This document shows positions 63,119-64,000 of a stretch of DNA of 64,000 nt, in pieces. The position numbers were made by a program, and so were the translations under genes. The DNA comes from Narcine bancroftii (Eukaryota): positions 225,494,001-225,558,000 of the forward strand of contig NC_091469.1 of NCBI RefSeq assembly GCF_036971445.1, given 5' to 3'. The notes below the pieces were generated by a model that did not search any database, was not told the origin of the DNA, and worked only from the letters and a program-made list of their open reading frames with translations. Numbering within the stretch: position 1 is the first letter of the stretch; the number at the start of each line of letters is the position of its first letter.

Positions 63119-64000
63119 CGCAGAATTTTATTCCAATTTTCATTAGAAATATGAAGGTTGAGTTCTCTTTCCCAATCATTTTTAAACTTTTCAAAAGTCC
63201 CAGAATTTATTTTTGTAATATATAATTTAGATATCACACCTTTTGGAGGGAATTTTGAATATAGTATATCCTCTAAAACAGTCGTAGTCTCCCGATTGGG
63301 AAAAGAGGGTAAAGTCGAAACTAAGAAACTCCTAATCTGCAAATATCGAAAGAAATGAGATCGAGGTAAATCATATTTCATGGATAATTGTTCAAATGAC
63401 ATGAAAGAGTTATCCAAGAATAAATCCGAAAAGCATGTTATACCTTTAACTTTCCAGAGTAAATAAGCTTGATCAATTAGAGAGGGATGAAAAAGGAAAT
63501 TTAGTACAATAGGAGTTTCCAAGATAAAATGACTTAGGCCAAAAAATCTCCGGAATTGAAACCATATACGTAGTGTATGTTTAGCCATTGGATTATCAAT
63601 TTGTTTATATAATTTAGTAAGAGTAAAAGGGAGAGCAGCTCCCAAAATAGAGCTAATTGAAAAATTTTGTATCGGTTTAATTTCTTCTTCTCTATGTGCA
63701 AAACATTCACTAATACAGTTTAAAGTTGTTCATAGAGCTCATATGTCTAAAGATAAACTCCATCGCTTTTATTCTCATATCGATCCTATATGTGATAAAT
63801 GTCAATTGGAAATAGCTTCCCTTACACATATGTTTTGGTCCTGTCCCTCTTTACAGAATTATTGGAAGGAAATTTTTTCCATTATATCTACTGTTTTGAA
63901 TATTGATTTACAACCACATCCCATTACTGCAATTTTTGGATTACCTATGATAGATTTGACTTATTTATCTCTTCCTGCGGATCGTATGATTGCTTTTCTT
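63119..64000. mobile_element. L1/Tx1 copy with inverted 5' segment (about 63119-63680 minus, 63681-64000 plus)
   Basis: The minus part ends ...WERELN..ISNENWNKILR; the plus part starts SSLCAKHSLIQFKVVHRAH...C..C.....HMFWSC, the next ORF2 segment. Confidence 0.85.

Overview
Eukaryotic, repeat-dense vertebrate DNA. The repeat set (HE1/V-SINEs, a SacSINE1/DeuSINE-like SINE, CR1, L1/Tx1, RTE, Penelope) points to a cartilaginous fish, probably a ray (inference). One host gene is supported: RGMB (repulsive guidance molecule B/DRAGON) on the + strand. Its coding exons are 44636-44735, 45676-46217 and 48516-49181 (435 aa), with a CpG-island promoter and a 3' UTR of about 2 kb. The rest is largely decayed transposons: a full-length Gmr1-type Gypsy element with integrase upstream of RT (12109-18294, ATGT TSD), a Tigger/pogo transposon nested in an L1, a solo LTR, MITEs and many LINE/SINE fragments. 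The three most unusual observations are: (i) a near-full-length U1 snRNA-derived sequence lying antisense inside the 3' UTR of an L1/Tx1 copy (22722-22872); (ii) an alternative-frame ORF pair at the RGMB start, joined by an in-frame TGA-ATG; (iii) Penelope terminal repeats with hammerhead-ribozyme cores that repeatedly show U in place of C3, some arranged as head-to-head hairpins. No prokaryotic features or CRISPR arrays are present. Repeat boundaries were read by eye and are approximate unless a TSD or TIR is quoted.
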